Of a stretch of 64,000 nucleotides of DNA, positions 10,603 through 20,547 are shown piece by piece. The stretch is from assembly GCA_041640595.1 (NCBI GenBank), contig JBEPZY010000002.1:500651-564650 (forward strand), in the 5' to 3' direction. A program made the position numbers and the translations under genes. The notes under the pieces were generated by a model that saw only the letters and a list, made by a program, of their open reading frames with translations, was not told the DNA's origin and ran no database searches. Within the stretch, counting starts at the first letter, position 1, and each line of letters starts with the position of its first letter. The DNA is from Gemmatales bacterium (GTDB lineage: Bacteria > Planctomycetota > Planctomycetia > Gemmatales > HRBIN36).

Positions 10603-12048
10603 TTACTTCCCGCGATTCGGAACCAAATCGAGTTCAAACGGAAATTCCAGTATGGCTGGTCGGGTATCCGTGAACAGAAGGCGATTGGGTTTGGCCTGCG
10701 CGTGGGGCAAGTGGAACACCAAAGTATGCGTATCAATGGGCACGTTATTGCGAACATGACGGGCGATTCCGTGGGAGGCAAGCGAACATGGTCTGCCCTG
10801 GTCGTCATAAAGCTCGATAGCGTTCAGGTGTGAAATAGCGACAGCCGGGGCTGCAACAGGATTCTGCGCAACCGGCAACGGCGGAAGGCGACCAGCTTGA
10901 GCCAGCGGTCGCATCAATTCCAGGACAACCTTCACCTGATTGTCCTGGCGACTGGCCTCGACCAGACGCAATTGTAAACCGTCGGCCTGGCCGTAGGTTC
11001 GCCGTTCAGCAGTGAGCGGATCGGAGACGGTGATGGTCTCTTTCATCACAACCTCGGCCAGAAACGATCCCTGGAGCTGGGCTGGTTGCTCGTCTGCATT
11101 GTTGAGGCGAATCGTCACCAGGCTGCGCCAGCGTTTTTCCAGTTTCCGGCCAGGGGCAGCAATCCGTATGGCTGCCACTTGCACCTGACCGTTATTCTTG
11201 AACTGCAAGGCAGCCCCTGCGGGATCTTCGACGGACGGGGCAGCACCGACCGCAGGAGCTAACTTTACCGGCAGAAGCTGGCCGTCTTTGTCCAGAGCGC
11301 GAATTTCACGAAGCGTCGGTTGATGCTGGAAGGCAAACCTGTCCGGTTCCACGCAAATTTCCATGAGCATCTGCAGGTCGGAGGATTTTACGCCAGGCTT
11401 TTCCTTCACCCAGGCCAGCTCCAGCAAGCGTATCCGCGCTACACCGCAATAAGCGACAGGCACTGGCCGGCGTGGGCCAGCTTCGAGTACGAATTCCTGC
11501 AAGACGGCGTGATCGGCGATTTCGCCAGGCCGCGGGAACCCTTGCTGTAATCCACACGCCGCCAGCGTCTTATCCACGACTTCCCAAAGTGGTTTCTGGT
11601 CGAGGCGAAGGGTGATCAGTTTATTGCGAATTTCTACCTGCCTTGACGGTGGCACATCCCACTGGAAACTCAGGCCAGTTTTTGCGGCCAGGTCGTCTAA
11701 CACAGCGCTGACGGGCGTCTGGTGATAGGCCACCGAAATCAAAGTTGGCGAACGCAGTCGGCGAGCAGCGATTTGTGCCTCAATGACGCGAACCAGATCG
11801 CTGGCCCGGCGTTTGATTTCGATGTCCTGGCTTTTTTCGGCGGCCTCTTTCAATGCCGGCAATGCCGCTTCCCCGATCGCTTCGAGTGCTTTCTGGGCCT
11901 TCTCGCGCTCGGCGAAGGTGTCAGCTCCCAGCTGCCGAATTAATTGGGCGATTTGCTCGTTAGATGCGGCTGGTTCCTGGCTGTGAGCACTTAGCAAGCC
12001 CAGGCACACACCCAGCGTCAGAATCCCAGCCAAGCAATTCCATCGCAT
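10603..12048 (-). CDS. Tandem paralog of the secreted HEAT/STN-like protein
   Basis: Signal peptide MRWNCLAG...; same N-terminal motif; shared LWEVVD..LAACGL and EICVEP. Confidence 0.75.
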   Translation of the reverse strand: MRWNCLAGILTLGVCLGLLSAHSQEPAASNEQIAQLIRQLGADTFAEREKAQKALEAIGEAALPALKEAAEKSQDIEIKRRASDLVRVIEAQIAARRLRSPTLISVAYHQTPVSAVLDDLAAKTGLSFQWDVPPSRQVEIRNKLITLRLDQKPLWEVVDKTLAACGLQQGFPRPGEIADHAVLQEFVLEAGPRRPVPVAYCGVARIRLLELAWVKEKPGVKSSDLQMLMEICVEPDRFAFQHQPTLREIRALDKDGQLLPVKLAPAVGAAPSVEDPAGAALQFKNNGQVQVAAIRIAAPGRKLEKRWRSLVTIRLNNADEQPAQLQGSFLAEVVMKETITVSDPLTAERRTYGQADGLQLRLVEASRQDNQVKVVLELMRPLAQAGRLPPLPVAQNPVAAPAVAISHLNAIELYDDQGRPCSLASHGIARHVRNNVPIDTHTLVFHLPHAQAKPNRLLFTDTRPAILEFPFELDLVPNRGK

Positions 12049-12170
12049 ATCGGTATTCCTCCCAGCCAGTGTTCTGGAGCTTTTTCCAAATTGCGGTAAC
12101 CAGCGCCAGCACCCAGCGCTTATAAGACGATTCTGCACCGCATTCCTAACCGACCCGGTGAGCGAATCGA

Positions 12171-12566
12171 TCAGGGTTCTGGCAGAATATCCGGCTCGAC
12201 CTGATAAGCGTCGGCCAGGCGATTCATCTGGTTATACAAACCGACGACGGCCAGAACTTCGCCCAGGGCCTCGTTGTCCAGACCCAGCTTCTTGACCGCA
12301 GCCGTATGGCTATTGATGCAATACTGGCAGCCGTTGGTGACCGAGACGGCCAGGGCAATGATCTCCTTGGTGAGCAGATCGATCTTGCCCGGCCGCATGA
12401 TGGCCTTGAGTCGCGTCCAGCACAATTCGAGGTGCTCAGGGTTAGTAGCCAACGCTCGCCAGATATTAGGAACGCGGTCAATCTTTTTGGTGGCTTTGAT
12501 GTCCTCGAAAATGGCTCGGACACGCGGATCGGGAGTGTTTTCGTCCACCAGTCGTACCGTAGCCAT
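12171..12566 (-). CDS. Carboxymuconolactone decarboxylase / AhpD-like peroxidase-related protein
   Basis: KEIIALAVSVTNGCQYCINSH (ExxxxxxSxxNxCxxCxxxH). Confidence 0.88.
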   Translation of the reverse strand: MATVRLVDENTPDPRVRAIFEDIKATKKIDRVPNIWRALATNPEHLELCWTRLKAIMRPGKIDLLTKEIIALAVSVTNGCQYCINSHTAAVKKLGLDNEALGEVLAVVGLYNQMNRLADAYQVEPDILPEP

Positions 12567-12620
12567 GACGATTCTCCTTAGCGTCGGGTGAAGGAATGTA
12601 CGGGTTCGGCAAGCGCGTTT

Positions 12621-14033
12621 TCAGCCGGCTGTGCCGGGCCATTTCGTCACCGCATCTGCAGCGGATACGCCTGCCGCCGGTTCGATCAGGAGCACACGCA
12701 GGTCCATGACGTTGGTTTCGGTCAGTCCCGGACGAAAGAGCGCTGCTACTGCATCGAAGAAAGTGTAGGCATCGTGGCGGGTCAGAAAATCGGCCAGGTT
12801 CAGACCTCGTGTTTGAGCCTGCCTCAACACCTCAGCGTCGGCAAAAGCTCCAGCGGCATCAGTGGGTCCATCCTCACCATCCGTACCACCAGCCAGCAAA
12901 ATAACTCCCTTCGGATCGGACTGGCTCAGCTTGTGCAAAAAGGCAAGGGCAAATTCCTGATTGCGTCCGCCTTTGCCATGTTGTTTAGGTAAACTGACCG
13001 TAGTTTCCCCGCCGCTCAGGATGGCTGTGGGCTGTCGAATCTCCTCGCGCCAGTAACGGGCCAGGCATGCCAGGGTTTCTGCTACCGGCCTGGTTTCACC
13101 TTCCAGATACGGTCCCAACTGGAGCACTTCCAGTCCCGATTGTCGAGCAAACCGGGCCGCAGCTTCGAGAGCATGACGGTTACTGGCCAGTACGAAATGG
13201 GCGACACGGGGTTTGCCATCCGGACCGAGTGGCAGATCTTTCGGCGTTTCCGGGATTTCGCCCCGCAGGCCGCGCTGCAAATGTTCACGCACACTGACCG
13301 GGATTTCTTCCAGCAGTCCGTATTTTTCCAGCACCGACCAGGCGTCGGCATACGTGGTGGGGTCGGGAGCGGTTGGCCCTGAGGCAATCACGTCCAGCGG
13401 GTCGCCGATCACGTCAGAAATAATGAGCGTCAGGCACAGTCGGCCGGTAAATTCCTGAGCGAGTCGCCCGCCTTTGATACGGGAGATGTGTTTGCGAACC
13501 GCGTTCATCTCGGCGATGGTAGCACCGCAGCGCAACAACGCGCGAACCACTTGCTGTTTTTCAGCCAGAGAGATTCCCTCGGCTGGTAACGGCAACAATG
13601 CAGAGCCACCGCCAGAAATAAGGCAAATGAGCAAATCATCGGGACCGGCGGAGCGTGCCAGCTGCAAAATCTGTTCGGCGCCGTAGGCCGCTTCGGGTGT
13701 CGGCTCGTTGACACCCATAGGTCGGGCCGGATGCAAATGGATGCGCTTCAGTGGACGAACGGTTTCGTTCGGTACGTTGACCCAACCTTCCACCCGGCTG
13801 AGGTCCACACCTGCGGAGGTAAGGGCCTCTTCGAGTGCGGCAGCCATGGCGGCTCCGGCTTTTCCTCCGCCGACCACAAGAATTCGCGGGTATTGTCGAA
13901 AATCAAAACGCGGGTCGCCTTCCCGGTAGCGCTGCAACAGGAACTGCGGCAAACAATACTGTGGCCGCACTGCTTGAACCCCGGCATGCCAGATTGCTTC
14001 GGCGAGGGCCCGGTTCAAAGCAGGTGGCGGCAT
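12621..14033 (-). CDS. Glycerate kinase type 2 (TtuD / DUF4147-MOFRL)
   Basis: GGGKAG, LISGGGSALL, RKHISRIKGG, IISDVIGD..IASGPT, GGETTV, GGRNQE, GTDGEDGPTDAAG, TNVMD. Confidence 0.92.
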   Translation of the reverse strand: MPPPALNRALAEAIWHAGVQAVRPQYCLPQFLLQRYREGDPRFDFRQYPRILVVGGGKAGAAMAAALEEALTSAGVDLSRVEGWVNVPNETVRPLKRIHLHPARPMGVNEPTPEAAYGAEQILQLARSAGPDDLLICLISGGGSALLPLPAEGISLAEKQQVVRALLRCGATIAEMNAVRKHISRIKGGRLAQEFTGRLCLTLIISDVIGDPLDVIASGPTAPDPTTYADAWSVLEKYGLLEEIPVSVREHLQRGLRGEIPETPKDLPLGPDGKPRVAHFVLASNRHALEAAARFARQSGLEVLQLGPYLEGETRPVAETLACLARYWREEIRQPTAILSGGETTVSLPKQHGKGGRNQEFALAFLHKLSQSDPKGVILLAGGTDGEDGPTDAAGAFADAEVLRQAQTRGLNLADFLTRHDAYTFFDAVAALFRPGLTETNVMDLRVLLIEPAAGVSAADAVTKWPGTAG

Positions 14034-14131
14034 GATCCATTCTCCGATGCCGTGGTTCGCGGCCAGTGATCCATAAAACGCATGCGGCAAAGCGATGTTC
14101 TCGCCAGAAGCAAAACCGGGCCGGTTGCCTG

Positions 14132-16153
14132 TCAAGGTTCTTTGCTGACCGACACCAGATACGGCAGGCGATCGCGTGAATCAGGTATCGGTTCGCCCGC
14201 GAGACGAGCCTGAATGCGTAGCACCCCCTGCTCTGCCAAAGGTAACAGTTGCTGCACAGCTTCTGCCCACTGTCGCCGCGAGCGTGTCGCTGTCAATGCC
14301 TGATACCGTTTCAGCCAGTACACCGCCGTTTCATATTCTCGCCGGACTTCCTGCAATCGGGCTGGGCTGGGATTGACCGGCAAGCGCATTTCGTTACGGA
14401 TGGCCCAATCCAGTCGGCCCAGGGCGGTGAAGTAGGTAATCTGCTCCAGCAATTCGGGCGCTGCCCAGTCGTAGTTCAGGTAATACAGCGTGGCGGTGTA
14501 TTGCTTCCACAGTCCCTCAATCTGGTTGCTCAGCTGGGACAATCTTTCCGACGACCTGGGATCGCGTGAACCGGGTGACCGTCGCAGTTCTTCTCCATGC
14601 AGTTGGTAAGCGCGGATGATTTCCGGTGCCCACTTATTCCGCAAAGCTACGACGGGATCCTGGTCCGCTGTAACAGAAAAGTCTCCGCCCATGCGGCGGT
14701 AAAACACAGCCAGTTTTTCGTCCAGGTCGCGCTGAGTTCGGTCGAGTTCCGCCAGTGCCTGCAAGACCTGACCCCGCACCAGCAAGTCGCGGGCACCTCC
14801 GGGTTCGATCCGCAATTTCAGAATCAAATTGTCGAACACTCGAAACAGGCGGTCGGCAGCATACGGCGGTAAGTGTTCGGCAATCTCCAGCGCCCAGCGT
14901 GGTACCCAGTAAGTACGCGGAACTATGGGACCATCCAGGAACCGGATCTGATTGCGCCCTTGAAAATCAGGCTCGACAACCACCCGCGGCTGGTAGCGCA
15001 GCTGACGCAAGGGGTTGATAACAAAGCGTGCGGTGCACATGGCCGGGAACCAGGAGCGTTGCCGGTCACGCCAGTACATCACGGGGACGTCCAGCCCGGC
15101 CTGTTCTAATTCCTGCCGACGTTTTTCCAGTTGCACAAAGAGACGCACTTTCCGCTCAGCTCCCAACCATTTCTCGAGCGTTTCCATCTTGGGCGACAAC
15201 GCCGGTAATTCCGTGAACAGTCCTAGCCGCAATTCCTTCAGTTCCTCTGGCTTTGGTCGCTCGGCATCGGGCAAGCGATCCAGAGCGGCTGGGTTTTTAA
15301 GCAGATGACGCAAGGTCAAAGGCTCACCGTTGCCTTGCCGCAGCATCTCGCCCCGTCGTGTGTCGAATAGCAGTAAATCGTCGCCAACCAGCACGCCGAC
15401 CAGCCAGAGCGAGTAGATCGGCTCTTCGCTGGTGCTTTCGGGACTGCGGCGAAGTACGGCGACGGCAACCAGGTCGCTTTGTTCCAGCAGGGCCAGGTAC
15501 ACCAGAGCGCGTTCCTCAGCATCACCGGTACCGCGACGGAGCACTTCATGGGCGGGCCAGGTGTCCATGTCGGTTCGCCGAGGCTGATATTGCACATGCC
15601 GCATGCACCAGGCAAACGCATGCTCGGCGAGGCGTCGCTGCCAGCGTTGCTGTTCGGGACCCGGTTCGCGTGGGGGACGGCCAACATCTTCCTGCAATTC
15701 TTCCAGGGCATCTTGAAACAGAAACGCCCGGTTCAAATACGCTGCATCCACGGCGTCGAACGCTAACTGCTCGAGCGTGCGAACCTGGTATTCCTGGGTG
15801 AACGGCTCTTCTTCGCCGCTGGCACGTATGATACTCCGCGGAGGCAAGCCTGCTGTCAACTCCTGGGCCACTTTCCGGGCCTGCTCCGACAACCGCCAGT
15901 CCGGCCTTTCTTTCTCGATCAGGCTCAGATACGTGTTCAATTGCTGGACGGCGTTGATATAAGTTGCGTGACTGGGCGTTGCTTCGCGTAACGTTCTCAG
16001 GGCACCGCGCAGGACATCTTCGGGAGTTTGCCGCTGTGTCTGCGGTAACCCGACTGAGCCGGACCCGCAACCACTTGTTGCCGGCATCAGCAATACCCAC
16101 ACGAGCAGCCAGTGCCATTCCCGACGCAAAAAGCCGTACCACCCGATACGCAT
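14132..16153 (-). CDS. Putative lipoprotein with transglutaminase-like segment
   Basis: Lipobox-like LLMPATSGC; PAHEVLRRGTGDAEERALVYLALL resembles a transglutaminase core; AGGAG before start. Confidence 0.65.
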   Translation of the reverse strand: MRIGWYGFLRREWHWLLVWVLLMPATSGCGSGSVGLPQTQRQTPEDVLRGALRTLREATPSHATYINAVQQLNTYLSLIEKERPDWRLSEQARKVAQELTAGLPPRSIIRASGEEEPFTQEYQVRTLEQLAFDAVDAAYLNRAFLFQDALEELQEDVGRPPREPGPEQQRWQRRLAEHAFAWCMRHVQYQPRRTDMDTWPAHEVLRRGTGDAEERALVYLALLEQSDLVAVAVLRRSPESTSEEPIYSLWLVGVLVGDDLLLFDTRRGEMLRQGNGEPLTLRHLLKNPAALDRLPDAERPKPEELKELRLGLFTELPALSPKMETLEKWLGAERKVRLFVQLEKRRQELEQAGLDVPVMYWRDRQRSWFPAMCTARFVINPLRQLRYQPRVVVEPDFQGRNQIRFLDGPIVPRTYWVPRWALEIAEHLPPYAADRLFRVFDNLILKLRIEPGGARDLLVRGQVLQALAELDRTQRDLDEKLAVFYRRMGGDFSVTADQDPVVALRNKWAPEIIRAYQLHGEELRRSPGSRDPRSSERLSQLSNQIEGLWKQYTATLYYLNYDWAAPELLEQITYFTALGRLDWAIRNEMRLPVNPSPARLQEVRREYETAVYWLKRYQALTATRSRRQWAEAVQQLLPLAEQGVLRIQARLAGEPIPDSRDRLPYLVSVSKEP

Positions 16154-16255
16154 ACTACCACTCTCCTGTCCACCCTGTCCGCGCAGTGGCGGAGATCCCA
16201 CGACGGTCGAAAAGTCCAATCAGCGTCGCCGGATTACGAATGGAAAATGATGAGC

Positions 16256-16912
16256 TCAGGGCGACCCCGCCTTTCCTGCAGTATGATCATAAGGGCTCGG
16301 CGTGGAAACGGCAGGCGGCAGAAACGGCACCAGTTGCGGCAGGAGTTTTTCGATGGCCCGCGCACGATGGCTCAGCACCCGTTTGACCAGCGGACTCAGT
16401 TCTCCGAAGGTGCGATGGTATTCGACAATCTCGAAAAGCGGGTCGTAACCGAAACCGTTGCTGCCGCGCGGTGCGAGAGCAATCCGTCCATAACAACGGC
16501 CTTCTGCCTGGGCCCGAATCTTGCCGGTCGGATCAGCCAGCACAGCCACGCAGACGTAGTAGGCCTCTCGCTTCTCGGTCGGAACTCCCTGAAGTCGTTG
16601 CAAAAGGAGAGCGTTGTTAGCGGCATCGTCGCCGTGTTTACCGGCATATACAGCCGAGTGGACTCCCGGTTCGCCTCCCAGCGCGGGCACCACCAGTCCG
16701 CTATCCTCGCCGAGCACCCATTCGCCCAGAGCTTTGGCCAGCTGCGTCGCTTTCAGCGCAGCGTTTTCCTCGAAGCTCGTCCCCGTCTCGTCAGGAATCG
16801 GCGCCTGCGGAAAACTTGCCAGGGTCAGAAGCGGAATCGGCAAACCGCGCAGTAGCTCCTGCAGTTCCTGCACTTTGTGGGAATTTCGCGTTCCCAGCAC
16901 CAATCGTGTCAT
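16256..16912 (-). CDS. rdgB: Non-canonical purine NTP pyrophosphatase (RdgB/HAM1)
   Basis: LGTRNSHKVQE, ETGTSFEENAALKA, EDSGL, GFGYDPLF, SHRARA. Confidence 0.95.
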   Translation of the reverse strand: MTRLVLGTRNSHKVQELQELLRGLPIPLLTLASFPQAPIPDETGTSFEENAALKATQLAKALGEWVLGEDSGLVVPALGGEPGVHSAVYAGKHGDDAANNALLLQRLQGVPTEKREAYYVCVAVLADPTGKIRAQAEGRCYGRIALAPRGSNGFGYDPLFEIVEYHRTFGELSPLVKRVLSHRARAIEKLLPQLVPFLPPAVSTPSPYDHTAGKAGSP

Positions 16913-17212
16913 GGTTTCGCTGCTCATGCCTTTTACCATGCGTTCTCGGTCAGGTTCCGGCAAGTTGGGACGCTCAAACTTATGGCAAAAGTGGACGAAT
17001 GGCCAATCGGCCTCATGAGGCGTCAAAGTTTGTGAAAATTGGCCAGCTTACCGATTGGCTACGGTTTCCCTGGCCGGTCAATTTGTTTTCACAGCGGTCG
17101 GCTGACCTGCACAGTTTTCCATGCCGCAAACATTTGCCCCGCCTAGAATGCCGATAAAAGGACAAAATTTGGCGATTTTGCTGTCGCAGTGACGTAAAAA
17201 AGAGAAGCTTTC

Positions 17213-18691
17213 ATGCTCGAAACTGTTCGGTTGGTGGCGCGGGGTATCCAGCAAAAAGTCGTCCTGTGGGACGGCCGTAAGGTGATTGACTGGTTGCAGG
17301 CGCGTCGGTTACGCCGACTCATTGCTCATGCGAAAGCCCATTCGCCATTTTATGCCCAGCGTTATCGCAACATTGATCCCGACGGGTTTCGGCTGGAGGA
17401 CTTGCCGCCGGTTACCAAGACGGAGTTGATGGCGAATTTCGACGACGTGGTTACCGATCGCCGTTTGAAGCTGCGCGATCTGGAAGCGTTTATGAGCGAT
17501 CCGCAACGCCTGGGGCAATGGTATCTCGGTGAATATGCGGTGAGCCGAACTTCCGGCACCCAGGGAATGCAAGCGGTGATCGTGCAGGATCGCCGAATGA
17601 TGGAGTTGCTCTTCGCCCTGCAGATGACACGTGGCACAGTTTTCCCGACAACTCCGTGGGGGATTGTCGCACGCCTGGTGCAGCGGGCTCGCCTGGCGGT
17701 CATTACTATCGGCCGTGGTTTCTTCCCCAGCGCTGCCGCTCTGGCTTACGCTCCTAAAGCCTCAAGGCGGTTCGTGAAGCGGCTCTGGCTGCAGCACATC
17801 GAACCTCTGGAAGAGGTGGTGGCCAGGCTCAATCGCTTCCGACCGCACGTGCTGCTTGCGTATGCCAATGTGCTGGTGATTCTTGCTCGCGAGGCTTTAG
17901 CAGGTCGCTTGCGCCTGCCTGGTCTCCGGCAGGTCATCAATATGAGCGAACCCCTGTCGGATGGTGCCCGCGCTCTGGTGAGCCGGGCCTTTGGCCTGCC
18001 GGTTACGAACAATTACGCCCTCGGGGAATGCATGGCCCTGACGACAGGATGCACCTGTTCGCCTGGAATGCATGTGCAGGCCGATTGGGCCATTCTCGAA
18101 GTCGTGGATAAAAACTATCGCCCGGTTCCTCCCGGCCAGCCTGGCGACAAGGTGCTGGTGACCAACCTCTATAACACCGTGCAACCGTTCATTCGTTACG
18201 AGGTTAACGACGTGGTCACGCTGAGTCCTTCGGCCTGCCCGTGCGGATGCCCGCTACCACTGGTGCTGAAAGTTGAAGGCCGAACTGACGAGGTCATCTG
18301 GATCCGCGTGGGCGACCGTTACAAACTTCTCCATCCTTACGTGCTGGTAGATTTTCTCGATGAATATCCCCCGGTCGGCTGGTATCAGATCATCCAGACC
18401 GAACGAAATCGGTTCCTGTTGCGGGCTCAACCGGCTCCTAATCGCACGGTGAGCGTTGAAGAATTGCGGCAGGTGATCGAACGCGGATTGAAACATTATC
18501 ACCTCGACGGCCTGGTGCAATTTGATATTGAAATCACAGACCAGGTCGCTCCCGATCCGCGGTCGGGTAAACTTCGCCGTATCACCAGCCGCGTCGGACC
18601 TCCCGCCGACCTGACCGAGGAAGAGCGCCTCCTCGCCGAACAATCGCAAGCATCATTCGTTCCGCCCGCAGAAAACCGGGGCGCTGCTTGA
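17213..18691 (+). CDS. Phenylacetate-CoA ligase-like / CapK-family adenylate-forming enzyme
   Basis: HSPFYAQRY, SRTSGTQG, NYALGEC, LVTNLYNTVQPFIRYEVND, CPCG, EGRTDE. Confidence 0.85.
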   Translation: MLETVRLVARGIQQKVVLWDGRKVIDWLQARRLRRLIAHAKAHSPFYAQRYRNIDPDGFRLEDLPPVTKTELMANFDDVVTDRRLKLRDLEAFMSDPQRLGQWYLGEYAVSRTSGTQGMQAVIVQDRRMMELLFALQMTRGTVFPTTPWGIVARLVQRARLAVITIGRGFFPSAAALAYAPKASRRFVKRLWLQHIEPLEEVVARLNRFRPHVLLAYANVLVILAREALAGRLRLPGLRQVINMSEPLSDGARALVSRAFGLPVTNNYALGECMALTTGCTCSPGMHVQADWAILEVVDKNYRPVPPGQPGDKVLVTNLYNTVQPFIRYEVNDVVTLSPSACPCGCPLPLVLKVEGRTDEVIWIRVGDRYKLLHPYVLVDFLDEYPPVGWYQIIQTERNRFLLRAQPAPNRTVSVEELRQVIERGLKHYHLDGLVQFDIEITDQVAPDPRSGKLRRITSRVGPPADLTEEERLLAEQSQASFVPPAENRGAA

Positions 18692-18866
18692 CCGGTATCA
18701 TTTTCTCTGTTGACCGGACATAAGATTACCGTTTCCCGACCGTAAGAGGGTACCGCTGTATTCACCGCAGACAACACACCAGCAGCCATCAGCATAGAAC
18801 CACTGTTTACTGGCTACGGGAAGTTGCACCTGGCGATACCCTCACTATCGCCCTTTGCGATCGGGC

Positions 18867-19346
18867 TTATCTCCGCGCCAGGGCCTGGACATTGTCATCG
18901 GGCGGACAGTTGCCAGGGTTGCGATGTAAATGCCACACATCGTACAGGTACAGCCAGAAAGGCAGCCACCAGATCAGATCATTGGTCAAGCAAACAAGCA
19001 GAGTGGCGGGTGGCCAGCGACCCACCCAGACCAGGTAGAACCACGCTAACGGCCCTAAGGTTTTGCCAGCCAATCCGACCGCGGCAATCGGCCAATCCTT
19101 TTCGAGAGAATATGCCACGCGAACATACAGTATTCCGTACAGTCCGAGCACCATTCCCAAGCAGGCAAAAATCTCAGGGTAATTGTTCCGCTCCATATCG
19201 AAGAGGCGGAAAAACCAGTCCGGATATGCAACGCTCAGCAGCCCCCAGTTCAGGTTATAGACGCCTGCGAGCAGAAAAACCGTTCGGTGCCAGTTCCGTC
19301 GGCGTAAACCTGTCGCCAAGCGAAACTTCTCCATTCTTTCACCCAT
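18867..19346 (-). CDS. Hypothetical membrane protein (4 TM)
   Basis: AGVYNLNWG...CLGMVLGLYG...GLAGKTLGP...TNDLIWW; hydrophobic; start may be 19334. Confidence 0.7.
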   Translation of the reverse strand: MGERMEKFRLATGLRRRNWHRTVFLLAGVYNLNWGLLSVAYPDWFFRLFDMERNNYPEIFACLGMVLGLYGILYVRVAYSLEKDWPIAAVGLAGKTLGPLAWFYLVWVGRWPPATLLVCLTNDLIWWLPFWLYLYDVWHLHRNPGNCPPDDNVQALARR

Positions 19347-19589
19347 CCCTGGTCACCCGACGCCATCCGCTCTCTGCCTGCAATCTCCCACCTCGCCTCG
19401 GCTTGCCGCCTGCAAGTCCATGATAGTAAATCCCACACCGCCGGCACGAAAACTCTCTCTTACTGCCGCTAAATGCTGTACCGTTCTACCCGTCGAGAAT
19501 AAGGCAGCCAGGAATTCGATTGGTGAACTGCAATTGACGGTTGGCGAACGGCTGGGTACAAGGCGACGAAAGATGCAGCAACCAGCGGC

Positions 19590-19700
19590 GGAATCCTTCC
19601 AGATCATCGCAGCCGGGCTGGTGCAACCAAGAGGAGGCGAAGCAATGACGGCCTTGGTGTATGGAATCCTTCCAGGTAATCGCAGCAGGGTCGGTGCAAC
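19590..19700. repeat. 38-bp direct repeat pair with 35-bp spacer
   Basis: GGAATCCTTCCAGATCATCGCAGCCGGGCTGGTGCAAC (19590-19627) vs GGAATCCTTCCAGGTAATCGCAGCAGGGTCGGTGCAAC (19663-19700), 33/38 identical, period 73. Confidence 0.85.
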
Positions 19701-19760
19701 AGCGCCATACGATGACCTGTTGACTTGAAACCAAGCCGGATTGCATAACTGGCAAACGGT

Positions 19761-19776
19761 TGGTACGCTGCTGGCT
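19761..19776 (+). promoter_or_regulatory. Possible sigma-54 (-24/-12) promoter upstream of skp
   Basis: TGGTACG-CTGC-TGGCT, correct GG-N10-GC spacing, about 70 bp before the ATG. Confidence 0.3.
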
Positions 19777-19846
19777 CGACGCCGAACAAACGCAGGCATC
19801 GCATTGCCCAATGGGTGCGAATTGCCATCAACAAAGGGGACTTACT

Positions 19847-20491
19847 ATGAAACGCCTCGGTACCTGGACGATCGCTTTTGTCCTGGGCTGGTTAGCTGGC
19901 ATCTGCGGCTGGCACTGGCTCCGTGCTCAGGCTCCAGCTTCACCACGACCACCCACGATTGCCTTCATCAACTATGCCGAAGTGATGCGCCAGTACGCCG
20001 AAGCAAATGACATCCGCAAGCAGATTCAGGCGGAAGAACAAAAATTCCTCGACCAGCTCCAGGCCAAGCAAAAGGAGATAGATGAGGTTCGCAAACAATG
20101 GCAAGCTGCCGAGCCCTCTCAGCGCGACCCCCTGGAGCGCAAGATTAAAGACCTGGAATATCAGTTCAACAATATCCGTTCCGATGCCCAGAAGCATTTG
20201 ACTCGCTTTGCCAACGAGCGCTGGTCGCAGGTTTATTTCAAAGTTTGGAACAAGGTGAAAGCCGTTGCCGAGTCCAGCGGTTACGAAGTGGTATTTCGCT
20301 TCAACGAAGATTGGCGCGATGCAAATAAACCGGAGGTCTTTTATCATCCTGATCGCGTAATGGCTCGCCTGATGGCCTCGAATCTCTGGCCCATGTATTA
20401 CCAGCGCACTGCGGATATTACCGGTCAGGTGATTGCCATACTGAATCGCGAGTATCAGGGAGGCGCCACTTCGTCAAGTACCGGCAAGTAG
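19847..20491 (+). CDS. skp: OmpH/Skp family periplasmic chaperone
   Basis: Signal peptide, TIAFINYAEVM, long coiled coil, VAESSGYEVVF, DITGQVIAILN; precedes lpxC. Confidence 0.8.
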   Translation: MKRLGTWTIAFVLGWLAGICGWHWLRAQAPASPRPPTIAFINYAEVMRQYAEANDIRKQIQAEEQKFLDQLQAKQKEIDEVRKQWQAAEPSQRDPLERKIKDLEYQFNNIRSDAQKHLTRFANERWSQVYFKVWNKVKAVAESSGYEVVFRFNEDWRDANKPEVFYHPDRVMARLMASNLWPMYYQRTADITGQVIAILNREYQGGATSSSTGK

Positions 20492-20547
20492 GCGAAGATT
20501 ACCAGCCAGTGTCGCGGACAAAATTGGCCGCGCTATCGGAGGTACTT

